DNA of 64,000 nucleotides from assembly GCF_036321535.1 (NCBI RefSeq), contig NC_087437.1, forward strand, positions 89,220,001-89,284,000, written 5' to 3'. Positions 14,030 to 25,831 of the stretch are shown here, piece by piece. The notes under the pieces are model-generated. The model saw nothing but the letters and a program-made list of their open reading frames with translations, did no database searches and was not told the origin of the DNA. Every line of letters starts with the position of its first letter. The first letter of the stretch is position 1. Position numbers and translations under genes: made by a program. The DNA comes from Camelus dromedarius. Taxonomy: Eukaryota.

Positions 14030-15680
14030 CAATCTATTTATTTTGATAAAGACAAGATGATGAATAAAGGAAATAATAGTATTTTCAAAAATGGTCCTAG
14101 TAATATTGGCTATCCATATAAAAATAATTAACCTTGTCCGTTAGCTCACACTTAACAAAAATAAACTTGAAATGGGTTGTAGACCTAAAAGTAAGGGGTA
14201 CAAAACTTATTTTAAAAAATAGGAGAGTCTTTAAGTGACCTTTTAGGTAGGCAAGGTGTTCTTAAATATGATGTCAAAAGCACAATCAATAAATGAAAAT
14301 TTTATAGTACTTAGTCAAATTACAAATGTTGTTCTTCAAACATACTAGTAAGAAAATAGTGAAAATGTTTTCAAAGGATATATCAGATAAAGGGCTTTTG
14401 TCCAAAATAAATACAACACTCTATGACTCAATAATAAAACCTCCTCATCAGAAAAAAATTGCAAGATATTTGAATAGGTGCTTTACAAAGATGATAAACA
14501 AATAGCTCAGCATCATTTGTCGTTAGGGAAATGCATGTTAAACCTACAATGAGACACCATTAGGGCAATGTGAATTAAAACCAAAAGAGATACTGCTAAA
14601 ATGGATAAAAATTTTTAAAAGACTAATAGTAAATGTTGGCAAGGATATAAAACTGAAACATTCATACACTGCAGTCATTTTAGAATAGTTTGGTTCTTTC
14701 TTAAAAAGTTAAACATACAGTTACTACATGACCCACGTTTTATTACTCAAAAGAAATAGTAATGCAAACTTTTATATAAATATTCATTATCCCATTATTC
14801 ATAATAGCCCATAACTGGAAATCATCCAACTGTTCATCAACTGTTTAATGGATAAACAAAATATGGTAAATTCATAAAACAGAATATTCTCAGGGGAAAA
14901 AACAAAAAACACCTCTAAGACGTGCGCAACATGGGACAAATCGCAAACAAACCATGCTAAATGAAAGGAGACAGATAAAAAGGACTATCTCATGCATGAT
15001 ACGTTATATGAAATTTCTAGAAAAGGCAATATGATTTTTCTAGAAAAGACCAGAGAGCTGGAAAAGGATTATTTCTGAGCCTGTCTGTGACAGTGTTTCT
15101 GGAAGAGATGAGCATCTGAACTGGTGAACTGAGTAAAGCAGATGGCAGTCCCCACTGTGGGAGGGCAGCATCCAATCCTTTGAGAGTCAAGGAGAACAGA
15201 AAGGCAGAAAAGGAGTGATTTGCTCTCTCTGCATGAGCTGAGATGGCCATCTTTCTGTCCTTGGATACTGGGGCTCCTAGTTTTCAGGCTTTCACACGCA
15301 GACCAGGTCTCACATCTTCAGCCCCCGATTCACAGGCCTTGAGACTTAGACTGAATTGCACCTCTGGCTTGTTGGTTCTCCAGCTTGCAAACAGCAGATT
15401 GTGGCATTTGTTGGTATGAGCCAGTTCCTATAGTAAGTCTTCTCTTTATATACTGTGTATTTATGTAGACATGTATCATCTATACATTTATAAATCTGTT
15501 ATCTATATATCCTATTGGTTCTGTTTCTTTTGAGAACTCTAATACAATTGCAATAAGCAGAAGGAAATCTTTGATGTGATGATAAGAGTCCTAAACCTGG
15601 ATTGTGGTGATAGTTGTAGGGCTGTGTACAGTAACTGAAAGTCTTGTCCTTGTGCGCTTGTATACAGATTATATCATATG
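14030..15680 (+). mobile_element. Old L1 ORF2 end/3'UTR within the retroposed insert
   Basis: cagataaagggcttttgtccaaaata, agggaaatgcatgttaaacctacaatgagacacc, ttcataatagcccataactggaaa, ctggattgtggtgatagttg. Confidence 0.85.
15062..15546 (+). mobile_element. MLT2 (ERV-L) LTR
   Basis: gtgtttctggaagagatgagcatctgaactggtgaactgagtaaagcagatgg...ctattggttctgtttcttttgagaactctaataca. Confidence 0.9.
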
Positions 15681-17150
15681 CAGGTGTTGAGAAGGACCAT
15701 TATGTTGAGTTATAGTCAGGAGAAAAGTTTGTTATTTAAGGCAATGCATAGATTTTCAAACTACTGTGCATTAAAATTACAAGATGTTGTGTTGGAAATG
15801 TAAATACGATAAGAGGATTAACCGTTCCAGTATAGTCATAGTTGATGCTAACACACAAATCAGTTTGCTAATTAAGGAAGATATTGCAAAATAATTTTAT
15901 AGAAATGGAATGTTCTGTTGATTGAGTTGTTCAATATTTTCTACAGTTTCTTGGGCCATAACAAACTAGTTGTTACTAAACTTAATTAAAAATATATACA
16001 TCTATTTTTTTTCCTCCTTTTTCAGTTTTATTAGGTAGAATTATTACAGTTTGACTGCACATACACATTTATTGCATGTAAATACATATATACAGTATGC
16101 TGAACTTTTTTTTAGTTTACATATTATGTTCTGATTATTGCTTCTAAGAAAAGGTTAGCTCTTTAGCTTTTTAATCTTTTTATACCACAACTTCTTTATC
16201 CAATCATCTGTTGGTGGATATTTAGGTTGTTTCCATGTCTTGGCTGTTGTAAACAGTGCCGCTATGAACGCTGAGATGCGTGTGTCTTTTCAAATTAGAG
16301 TCTTCCCTGGATATATGCAGAGGAGTGGGATTGGTGGATCATATGGTAACTCTGTTTTTAGTTTCTTAAGGAATCTCCATTACTGTTTTCCACAGTGGCT
16401 GCACCAATTTACATTCCCACCAACAGTGTAATAGGGTTCCCTTTTCTCCACACCCTCTTCGGCATTTATCATTTGTGGACTTTTGAATGATGGCCATTCT
16501 GATTGGTGAGAAGTGAGAGCTCATTAATGTTAACTGGTGGTGAAAGACTTGTCTCTCCACAAAGCCTTTTCTGATGTCACCCCAGCAGGGAGGGTAACTC
16601 ATTTTCACAGGGCAAGGTTGAGTGCAGGCTCCCCATCTGATCTCCATTTACCCTGAGTGGGGAGATGAGAAATCTGGCTCCTTAATCAGGCTTCTCTGAT
16701 GTAACGCCAGCAGTAGGTTGGGTGCCTCATGCAGCCTGATGGATGTGGAAGTCTTGGCTCCCCACTCAGCCTTAGCTGCTGGGGGATGGAAATAGGGCCA
16801 CAGATTTTTATGTGATGTTTGCTTGAAATAGATGATTTTTAACTCAAATATTTCTGTCCTATTGCACTGGCCTTTTTCCTGGTCCTTTGGTTGAGGAGAG
16901 CCAGTTTTTGTTTGTTTATCTGTGACTATTGGCATTTCTAGATTGCTAGCTTCTCCAGTACCAAGTCTGGGGACAATGGGACAAAAAGAAAACCTGTGAT
17001 CTCATCACCATTCCTTGGGTCCTAGGGCTCCTAGTTAGTCTGTCTTCTCTCCACATTTCAGAGTTTGTTTTTCATACAGCATCTTGGGGTTTCTGTGTAG
17101 CGGGAGGAATAGGAAATAAAAGTACTTCCAATCCATCTTTGAAAAGTGGA

Positions 17151-17252
17151 AATAGCAAATCTATAAGGTTTTAGTGAAGAGTAAATGAGATAAATATTAT
17201 CAAGCATCTAGAACAGTGACTGTTATTTAGGGACATTTAATAATTATTAGTA
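17151..17252 (+). mobile_element. MIR right part
   Basis: ataaggttttagtgaagagtaaatgagataa...agaacagtgactg...taataattattag follows the MIR core and 3' end. Confidence 0.7.
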
Positions 17253-19199
17253 TCCAATTCTGACATATGCATAAATATTCTGAAAATTAATTAAAAGAGT
17301 AATTACATGAAATAAGAAATTAACTCTCCTCATTGATGATATGATATATATTAAATTCACATAGTAGTTAACCATCTTCTATCAATAACTTGCAGTTTTT
17401 TGGAAAGTGAAGATTTTTAGAATATGATCTACTAAATGAAAGTCATACTTCTTCTGTACAGCACTTGCATGGATTTAATTATTTTGAAATCCTTGGTACA
17501 AGCTCCCAATTTATATTTCTTAAGCATAATTACTAAAAAGGAATTGCATCAACTGATCTCACTGCCCTATTGCTTTCCCATCTGTCCTTGACATTTAAAT
17601 GGATTTTCTGAGGATGAAAGAACATAAAAAAGAAAAAGAGAGAAAGTGATAAGAGCATAAATAGAAAGAGGTCAGACTACTGAATTCTCTCTCCCATTTA
17701 GCAGCTTGAAACCTTGAAGAGTGTATAATTACAGGTAGATTTGCTAGTTAAGCTGTTCCACATCAAGTTTTATCCATAATGGTGCAAAATAAAAAAAACA
17801 GAGAGTGGATAAAGCATGATCAATTTAACAGAGTCTTTATCTCTTTTTCTCTTTATGTGGAGTCTCACAGATTATTACTTCTTCCGTCTTTCATCGAGTT
17901 GGCAAAAACACCCTTGACAGGATTTGCAAATTTTCTGTTACCTAGTTTTTCTACTGTTTCATCCCAACCCTCCTGCCTACACAGCACCTTCTCATTTTTA
18001 ATATGTGTCTTTTCACTTTTACTATATTAAATGTTACTATTTCCAAAGCCTTTGAACCGAGTTCTGTGTTCTTTGGAGGAAAAGAACTCTATAAATCTAA
18101 TAAGCAAAGCCGAGTTTGAAATCCAATAAAGGAGAACCTCTAGAAATTATTAAAGACTTCACTGACTGAGAAATTAAACCTTGATATCCCATTTCCTTAT
18201 CTTTTCACTGCAGTAGAATCGGTGAAATCAATATATCTGAAATGAACTGTGTACGGTTCATTCAGAAGGATGGCTTTGGCACAAAATTGAGCAGCTTCTA
18301 AAAAACTGTTGACTGCTCATTCCTTGAAGCAGTAAGCACAGAGTTTTAGCAAGGCTGTTTGTTTTTTAATTTGTCAAAATTGAAAAAAAGTAAACATCAG
18401 TGCTTTTGATGGACCCATAAATAGATGCTAATGGATCTCACTATTAAAAATGGAAAGTCCCATGACATAATCACAATATTACCCAAAGGTCATGCCTGTT
18501 TCACATTTGGAATTCTGAAGCATCAGGATTAAACAAGTGTTTATAAGCAGAGCAGATACATATGTAATTTATTTGGAGTTTAGTTTGGAGGCACCAGTAT
18601 CCAATCTCCCAGGAGTATAATCAGTATCTAGATCAGTTTGGCCCAGGACTTATAACCATCCAAGAGATAACAGCCAATGGTGCACACCAATGGCTTGAAG
18701 ACTCTCATATGTCTTCCATTCTGTCCACACTAATTCTTTAAGTTTATGGAACAAATATATGTGAATAGATACCTGTTCCTACATGTACACAACAAACTGA
18801 AAGATAAAAGAATTACAGAACAGTACACCAAACACATACCAGTTACCATATAAGGCATTTTTGCCTACAGTTCATTTAATGCCCACAATTCCCCTGCAAG
18901 TGAGGAGGGAGTAGCTTATTCTAAACTTGTGAGTCGCAGTTCCTGATATGCTCCTAGCCTCTTAAAAGATGCTCCATTTATGACCTCACTCAAAATATGG
19001 CCTTAGGTGGTCATGAGTTGTACTGGGTGTTTTTTACTGCATTACCCTCATTTACATGAGGTATGTTTAAGAGTAGGCTCGTAATCCAAGATCCGTCAAA
19101 ATGTGGGATGCTAGCAGAAAAAGATATTCTAAGCCAAATAAATTCCTTCTTACAGGAATTTCAGCTGGACAAATGGAAACAATCTATCCATGGGTAACG

Positions 19200-19962
19200 C
19201 TATCCTCTGTCGAAGTCTAGTCACAAGAAATTAACCACACCAGATACCTGAACAGAGAGAATTTAAATAGAGAATCTGTACAAAGGTAACTTAAAAGACA
19301 AGAAGAAATATTAAGTTTATCATCGCTAAAGTGAAACACCTACCACCCCTAAGACTGGAGGATAAAAGGAAGAGGTTTAAATTATTAAGACAGAAGCTTA
19401 GACAAGGAGCCCCACAGAGCTGAAACTCTGGTTTCTGAGGAGGAGGAGGTGTTAGACAATGTCACTGAAGTTTCTGACCTTGGAGGAAGAAACTTAATTG
19501 CCTGTTATGCAGGCGGGACATTTAAGAAGGGGGTTCTAGCCTCTAGTATTGGTGTCTCAGAGTGGGGCATGATCAGACTGAGTCTATGCATGCAGAAAAA
19601 ACTGCAAACTTGATTCCTCTTTGATAGAAAGGAACTGTGTGCTTCTTGGGTTAAACGTTGCTAGGGTCATGCTCACAGAGACAAGAAGTAGACAGAAAGC
19701 AACCAAGAAGGAACAATGATGGTGAATGAACCTTAACAGAAATCTATGTGTAGTGATGTTGGCAGAAGCATTAAGGGCAAAGAAGGGATATCTTTTCTTC
19801 CTTCTCTAGCCTTCCACTCTTTTTCAACTCCTTGTTGACAGAAGCCAATAAAGAGTCAGCAAAACAGATCCATGGTCTGCAGAATCCCAACTCCAGCATC
19901 ACAAAGCAGAGCATAAGAGGATGGGTTTGAATCTGACAAAGAAAAACTTAATAACTATTATA
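19200..19962 (-). mobile_element. ERV-L provirus 3' LTR
   Basis: Homologous to 25199-25831 (e.g. taaaaggaagaggtt..aattattaa...gaagcttaga); adjacent minus-strand polypurine tract ggccaaaggaacagaa at ~19963-19978. Confidence 0.8.
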
Positions 19963-22900
19963 TTCTGTTCCTTTGGCCTCTCAGCTTTCATACATGCTCT
20001 TTTGTATGTATTTTAACTTCCATAAAACAGCAATACTATTTATGTGTTCACTTAATAAGATGCAACTATCTTTCATTCAAATGAAGATGTTCTTACACTC
20101 TGCTGAAATAAAAAGGTGTAAAACTTCAACAGTTACTGTTTCTGAGTCTGGGAGACTGTCACATTATCTATCTTTGATCTACTTTAATTTATCCTCAAAC
20201 TCAATTATAGTCACATCTGCATATTTTGTTCCTTGAATTATAAATCCTTTACCTGAGTAGTAAATCCTGATATTGAGTTATAAATTTAACGTTCTACAAA
20301 ATTTGGATAAAATAACGAGGGGAAGAAAGATAGAGACAAAATTACACATACACACACATACATTCAGCAAACAAGTAAGAAAATATATAAATATAAATAC
20401 CAACATAAATATATAAAGCAAGGAATTCCTCATTTCTGTTATGAATCTTGAGGGCTTATTTGATGTCTATAACTTCAGTCTTACATTGTTTACTCCATTT
20501 TTCTTTTGCCCTTAAGCACAGTCTTTAGGCCACAACTGATATTTTATAACTTCCTTTTTCTGGAGCTCCTTCTATATTTTCTTTGCCTTCTGCTAATCAG
20601 GACTTGCTTATTTTCTTAGCATGGTACCTTCTAATTTTCATTCTTGAAGAATCTAAAACCTAAGCGGTTTTTATTTTTTAAATTGCTGTATTTTTCCATT
20701 GACTTACATTATGAAGTACTTATTATGTTGAAGTACTGTGAGACATTCCAAGAAATTCCCTGGGTTCCAAATAATAGCCTTTCCTGCTCCCATTTTGTAG
20801 CAACACCCAACTTGCCCCTTGGTAAGCTACATCAGTCACGTCAGTGAGTAAAGTAACCACCTGGTTTACCGATGGTTCAGTGGCATGGAAAGCAGAAGAG
20901 AGCCAGGTGACATCTCGAGTTGTGGCTAAATAGCACCATGGCTGTATCTCTGGTGGAAATCCTCCTCCCTTGGAGGCCCTTCCAAAGTAGCAGAGGTCAA
21001 AGTTGAGAGCGTGGAAAGCAAAAATTCTGTGATGTCAACTATTTCAGTAGCCATTCCTACTTCCTCTCTTTGATTCCCAGGCCTATGTACCCTGGATGTA
21101 AAAGAGACAGCAAATATGTTGGTTAATGATGAAAACCTATGCTGTGCCCTAAAAGACAAACCCTCATTCTTTTTTTTTTTTTTTTTGGTATATTTTTAAT
21201 ATTTATTAATTTAAATATATTTTAAATATTTGTGATTTTTTTCCCCAAATAGGCACTCTGAGTCTTCAGTAGGCCTTTCCATCTATGGATTAGGACAGCT
21301 GCTGCTAAGACCAATGAATTCCATGTACAAAAGCTCTTTGCTGCTCTTCTTTTGCTATGAAATAAGTTTCTTGACCAGAATCAATATTATGTAAAATGTC
21401 ATGATGATGAATAAACCTTAACATAAATCTGTGTGTAGTGATGTTGGCAGAAGCATTAAGGGCAGGGAAGGGATATCCATATCCAGAATACATATCTATT
21501 CTTGTGAGGATAAAGCTCTGTCCCCTCCTTGATGGAAATGACTCAGTGTGATACACCTGCCATCAAGGGGTTGTTTGATCACCCCAGAGAATGGTTCCAT
21601 ACCAGCGTTCACTGTCAGTCTCTGCTATTGGCATAAGGAACTCGGCAGCAGCTGGGTAGTTTACCATTGGTGAAGGACATACGTGGGGATGAGCCCCATG
21701 AAGTCTCCATCCCTGTCGTCATGGCTACCATGTATGCACTGAGCAGGAATTTGGTGGCTGGATAAAGAGGCTGACTGAATGTGTCATTTTGTCTACCTAA
21801 GAACCTCTTCTGCAATGGATGACCTTTGGGGAGCATTCAAATAGGACATAATTATTTTCAAACTCTGTACCCACTCTGACAGACCCATCCACACACCTCT
21901 TACCCAGACATCACTGTCACTTATTTTCCAATCTCATTCTTTACAAATTCCTAACTGTTCAGGAAAATCATTAGCAACTAACTGTGAATCAATCTAGACT
22001 TGTTCTTTTGGCCATCACTTGCCCTAGACAAAGTAAACAGCCAAATGTAATACTTGAAATTCTGAACATTAGAATATTTTCCTTCCAATTTTTTCTTAAG
22101 ATCACCTGTGAGTGAGGTTCTTATGACTGATCGATTAATTAGACCTAGATGTTTTACTCTTTAGCCAGTTGTTCATAGGGGATTTCCCAAAGAGCCATAG
22201 GTATAAGTTGAGAAAAAGAGGAAATATAAAAGAAATTATTCTCCAAGAAGTTTGAGCCATTTACTTATTCAATTTACACATGCTTCCCAGACTTTCTCAA
22301 GCCTGAGTCTTTATATTTCCTCTTGGTGATTGACTGCTCTCGCATATGCCCAATCTTATTGGTCAGTCAGATAATGTCATTTCATAACAAGAGGCATAGG
22401 TAAATAGTCATTTCTCCTATGGTTAGTTGTTTAGTGTGTTCCAGGATTTAGGAGCAAGCAAGGAACTAGGTCTCAAAGGGGTGAATTGTTATTTGCAGAA
22501 GAGAACATGGATTTCTCAGAAACCCTACAGGACTTCAGTGTGAGTCTAGTATTATTCTTGCATCCCTCTTTGCCACAGACACTGAAACATATTAGATCTT
22601 TTATTCATAAGGCAAAGTGGACAAGTAACTTGGACTTCAGCCTACAAGCTGCTATGCCATTTCTTGCTCTGGTTCTCACTAAAAACTGGCAGACTTATAG
22701 GTTACTTGGTAAATGGTTTAAAACAGCACATTTAAGTAAGGCATATGATGCTCCCAAATCCAACAGGCCCATCAAGCATTGTGTTTCTTTTCTGATGGTT
22801 ATTTTCCTGCAACTTGTCTTTCAATGTGAGGGAAATTTTATGACATGTTCCAGATCTTTGTATTCTTAGAAACTTCTTCAAATTAGCAAGCCTGTAAGTA

Positions 22901-25198
22901 GTCTTAGGGTTGCTATACCCTCTCATCCACATACATCTTTCTGAGGAATCTAAAGTTCTTGCTACTTCTTGTGCATAAAGCCCAATAAGCCATAATGTTA
23001 GTGGAACAATGTGATGTTGTATGGAATATCCATGTTTACCCTAATATCTACAGTACTCTAAGAATGAGACACTGCGTCTAGTCTACTATCTTGGAAGAAA
23101 AGGAAGTTCTAGGGTCTTTCACTTCATCTTTCCTACTTTAATGGCTCTATATCATTGTTTAGATGGCAAATGTGGGGATTCTGTCAGTTGCCAGTTACAA
23201 CTCTTTCTATTACATATTCAGGAACTGGAGAGATAAGTATAGGATGAGACCTCAAACGTATCGGGCTTAATGTGATAAAAAAAAATTAAGTCAAAATCTT
23301 ATTTGTCACGTGAATTAAATATTATTTTGGCTGGTGGACCATGAATAAATATAAGATTTTGTATTCTTTTTACTTGTTATAATTCAGAGAAAGTATCCAG
23401 CAATTTCCAAAAAGCATGGATATTTATGTTTCCATAGAGTGCAGTCACTCTATTAAATGCAAGCCTCTTTGGGGTATGCTTGAAAGAAGCATATACTTGT
23501 AGTACCTACTTGTGGCAGTGTTGCAGGGTCCTTCCTCAAGGGAATCTAGACTCTCCTTCAATCCACATTCTTTAGACCTATAAACTGGCTTACTCCTAGA
23601 AACTGGATGAACAACAATAATTTATTATCATGGTGAATCGATTTAGTTTTTTTGCTACCAGATTTGGAGTTTTGTTGTTGTTGTTATATAGATCAAGTAA
23701 ATTTGTAGTAACCAGAGTATATATTCATTGATAGAGACATCATGGTCAATTAACTGCCAACAAAATTCCTGTAGATCAAAACTTTCTAATTGCCACTTTA
23801 TCCCTACTGTCCTTTTCAGTGAAAAAAGGTTAAGCACTGTCACACAGCAACTGTGTTTCCAGTATCCAATTAGCTCTACTAAAATTGAAGGCTCATTTCT
23901 ATTGCATTATCTCTACCATCATACCTGTCCTACAAAGAATAGCTAATACAGAGCATTTCAAGGATTCTGATGCTCCACCCACTAATATATTTCTTGATAT
24001 CTTGATCCATGGAGAGGCTTCTAGGTCCTACGAGGGTTTGTATTGGGACAGTAGAAATGTATATCACATATGAAAATGCCATGATATTTCTTACACTGTA
24101 ATTACTTACATTTCCTTCTCTTAATTATTTTGGGGAAGTTTTAGCATCTCACACTCATTTAAATGCAGACCGTGGTTGAGTTTAAGCTTTAGTTAATCAA
24201 CTAAGTTAACTATCACAGCTATTTCCAGGTGTACAAATTAACACATTAATCCAGAATCTCTGGTAAGCACATTCTTATCAATAAATTCGACTTGATTCAG
24301 TGTTTTTCCTATCCTAATTCATCCAACATTCTTAGAATCTATTCCCACACACGTTTCACAGATTTCTTCTGAAATGACTTAGCAAAATCTTGAAATTATT
24401 TTGCCACATAAGCTATTTTCTCCTGGGCTGTTTTTTTGTACTTGTCTGTCTAGTATGTGCTGTAATATGTCCCTGTTTATGAGACAACAAGATGTTATGG
24501 GGGTTACTCTTAGATAAAATTAGCAGCTCTTTGCAATAAAACTGCTTCAATAGTATTATTATAGGATATTCAAGCAAGGAAAGTTAAGGGAAGCTGCTTC
24601 CAGAAGCTCAGAGTGACTGAGAAGTTCAAGGTCTTCAGTTTCTTCCAAGTCCTTTCAAGTTTAGATGGTCAGACCTCCATAGTCATTGCCATAATCTGCA
24701 TGGGAAATAATCACAAGGCAGTACGTTTACTTTACACTGCAATTCTGCAACCCGAGCAATGAAAGTCTGTGTTTAGTTTAGTCATATTGGCTCTGATTGC
24801 TTTATGGTAGCCACAGAAGCTGTGTATGTTTGCTGATGGTGGCTTGGCCTGAGAATTTAGAGATGTGAGCATGTCATTTTGTTTCTGGCAACATTTCAGT
24901 GAACTCAGCGGATGGGCAGTGCAGACCTCGCAGGCTTCGGCACTGCCATAATTGCCATAATTGAAGAGTATAGCAGCTATTTGGTCTGTTGAGGCAATTA
25001 GTGCGGGAGGCATTTCAAGACATACATGTGATAATGAATCTAAGATGATAATGCATGTCAGGGATTGCTAACATTCTATTTTTCATTGCCAAAAAAAAAA
25101 AAAAAAAACCAACAACATGGCACTGCATTAAAGACCAATAAGATGACAAATACAATTCCCAAATAGTACTTGATGGGTTCTTTGCTGCAACAAATTTC
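19963..25198 (-). mobile_element. ERV-L internal region with decayed gag/pol/dUTPase
   Basis: Integrase remnant GQSFILTRIDMYSGYGYPFPA...HNIDSGQETYFIAKEEQQRAFVHGIHWS (21305-21556); SRVHRPGNQREEV (20926-21159); dUTPase-like VTDVAYQG..LLQNG (~20750-20840); many stops and frameshifts. Confidence 0.9.
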
Positions 25199-25831
25199 TT
25201 ATTAGTCAGGGTCCAGTCAGGAGACAGGAACCATGCCCGTCATTTGAATAGGGAGAAGTTAACATAAGAAAATTTTAATTTAGTATGTATTTTTGATGAG
25301 TTAACTAAAAAGGAACTAAAAAAATATCAAGTTTTCACAGAGGTTACAATTGTAGAAAGTAACTACTACCTAGGACTGCAAGAATAAAAGGAAGAGGTTG
25401 CTAATTATTAAAGTTTGAAGCTTAGAGGAGAGGCCTCATGGATCTGGGACCCATATCCCTGATGAGGTAATGCCAGCTTCTTGGGTAGTTTTGTCTTTGA
25501 TGGGGGAGTCATTAAACTAGTCATGCAAGTGTTGGAAAATCTGCATACTGGATTCATCGCTGCTGAAGGAAAGAACTGCAGGCCTGGTAAGCACGAATGG
25601 GTAGGCTGACACTAACAGGGACAGGAAGTACAGGAAGAAAAGAGGAAACAAAAAGGAAGAAGTCTCCTCTTGTTCAGTTTTCTGTCTCTTTCTAATGTCT
25701 TCTACTGACAGACTTCTTAGGAGCTAAGTGGCAAGGGATAAAGTGGCTTACAGAGTTTAAACCTGAGTGTTAAAGACATATATAGAAGTAGGTGTTTGAA
25801 GTTGAGATACAATAAATTAAAAAGTGGCACA
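25199..25831 (-). mobile_element. ERV-L provirus 5' LTR
   Basis: Minus strand starts tgtgccac and ends ccctgactaata; direct-repeat partner of 19200-19962. Confidence 0.8.

Larger units (their letters stand above)
14017..16185 (-). mobile_element. Retroposed 2.17 kb insert (candidate 3' transduction)
   Basis: Perfect 12-bp TSD cacaacttcttt (14005-14016 and 16186-16197), T8 tail, minus-strand AATAAA at 14037-14042. Confidence 0.8.
13422..16520 (-). mobile_element. Younger (artiodactyl/camelid-type) L1 3' portion, itself interrupted at 14017-16185
   Basis: 3'UTR tail aaattaaagtgtagttgatttacaatg; ORF2 C-terminus ([44 protein letters not shown] 16366-16647); colinear across the insert. Confidence 0.9.
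9551..17150 (-). mobile_element. Old L1 (L1MB/MC-like) with both ends, an internal deletion and nested inserts
   Basis: 3' end at ~9560 (ttttattttgaaataattatagattcacag); ORF2 remnants to ~12130 (ORF 11537-11734 resembles L1 ORF2); jump to ORF1/5'UTR at ~12165; 5' start on minus strand tttccacttttcaaagatgga at ~17150. Confidence 0.8.

Noticed and set aside
21305..21556. Functional or domesticated integrase CDS
   Set aside because: Only 83 aa; the catalytic-region motif is degenerate and surrounding frames have stops, frameshifts and a poly-T insertion
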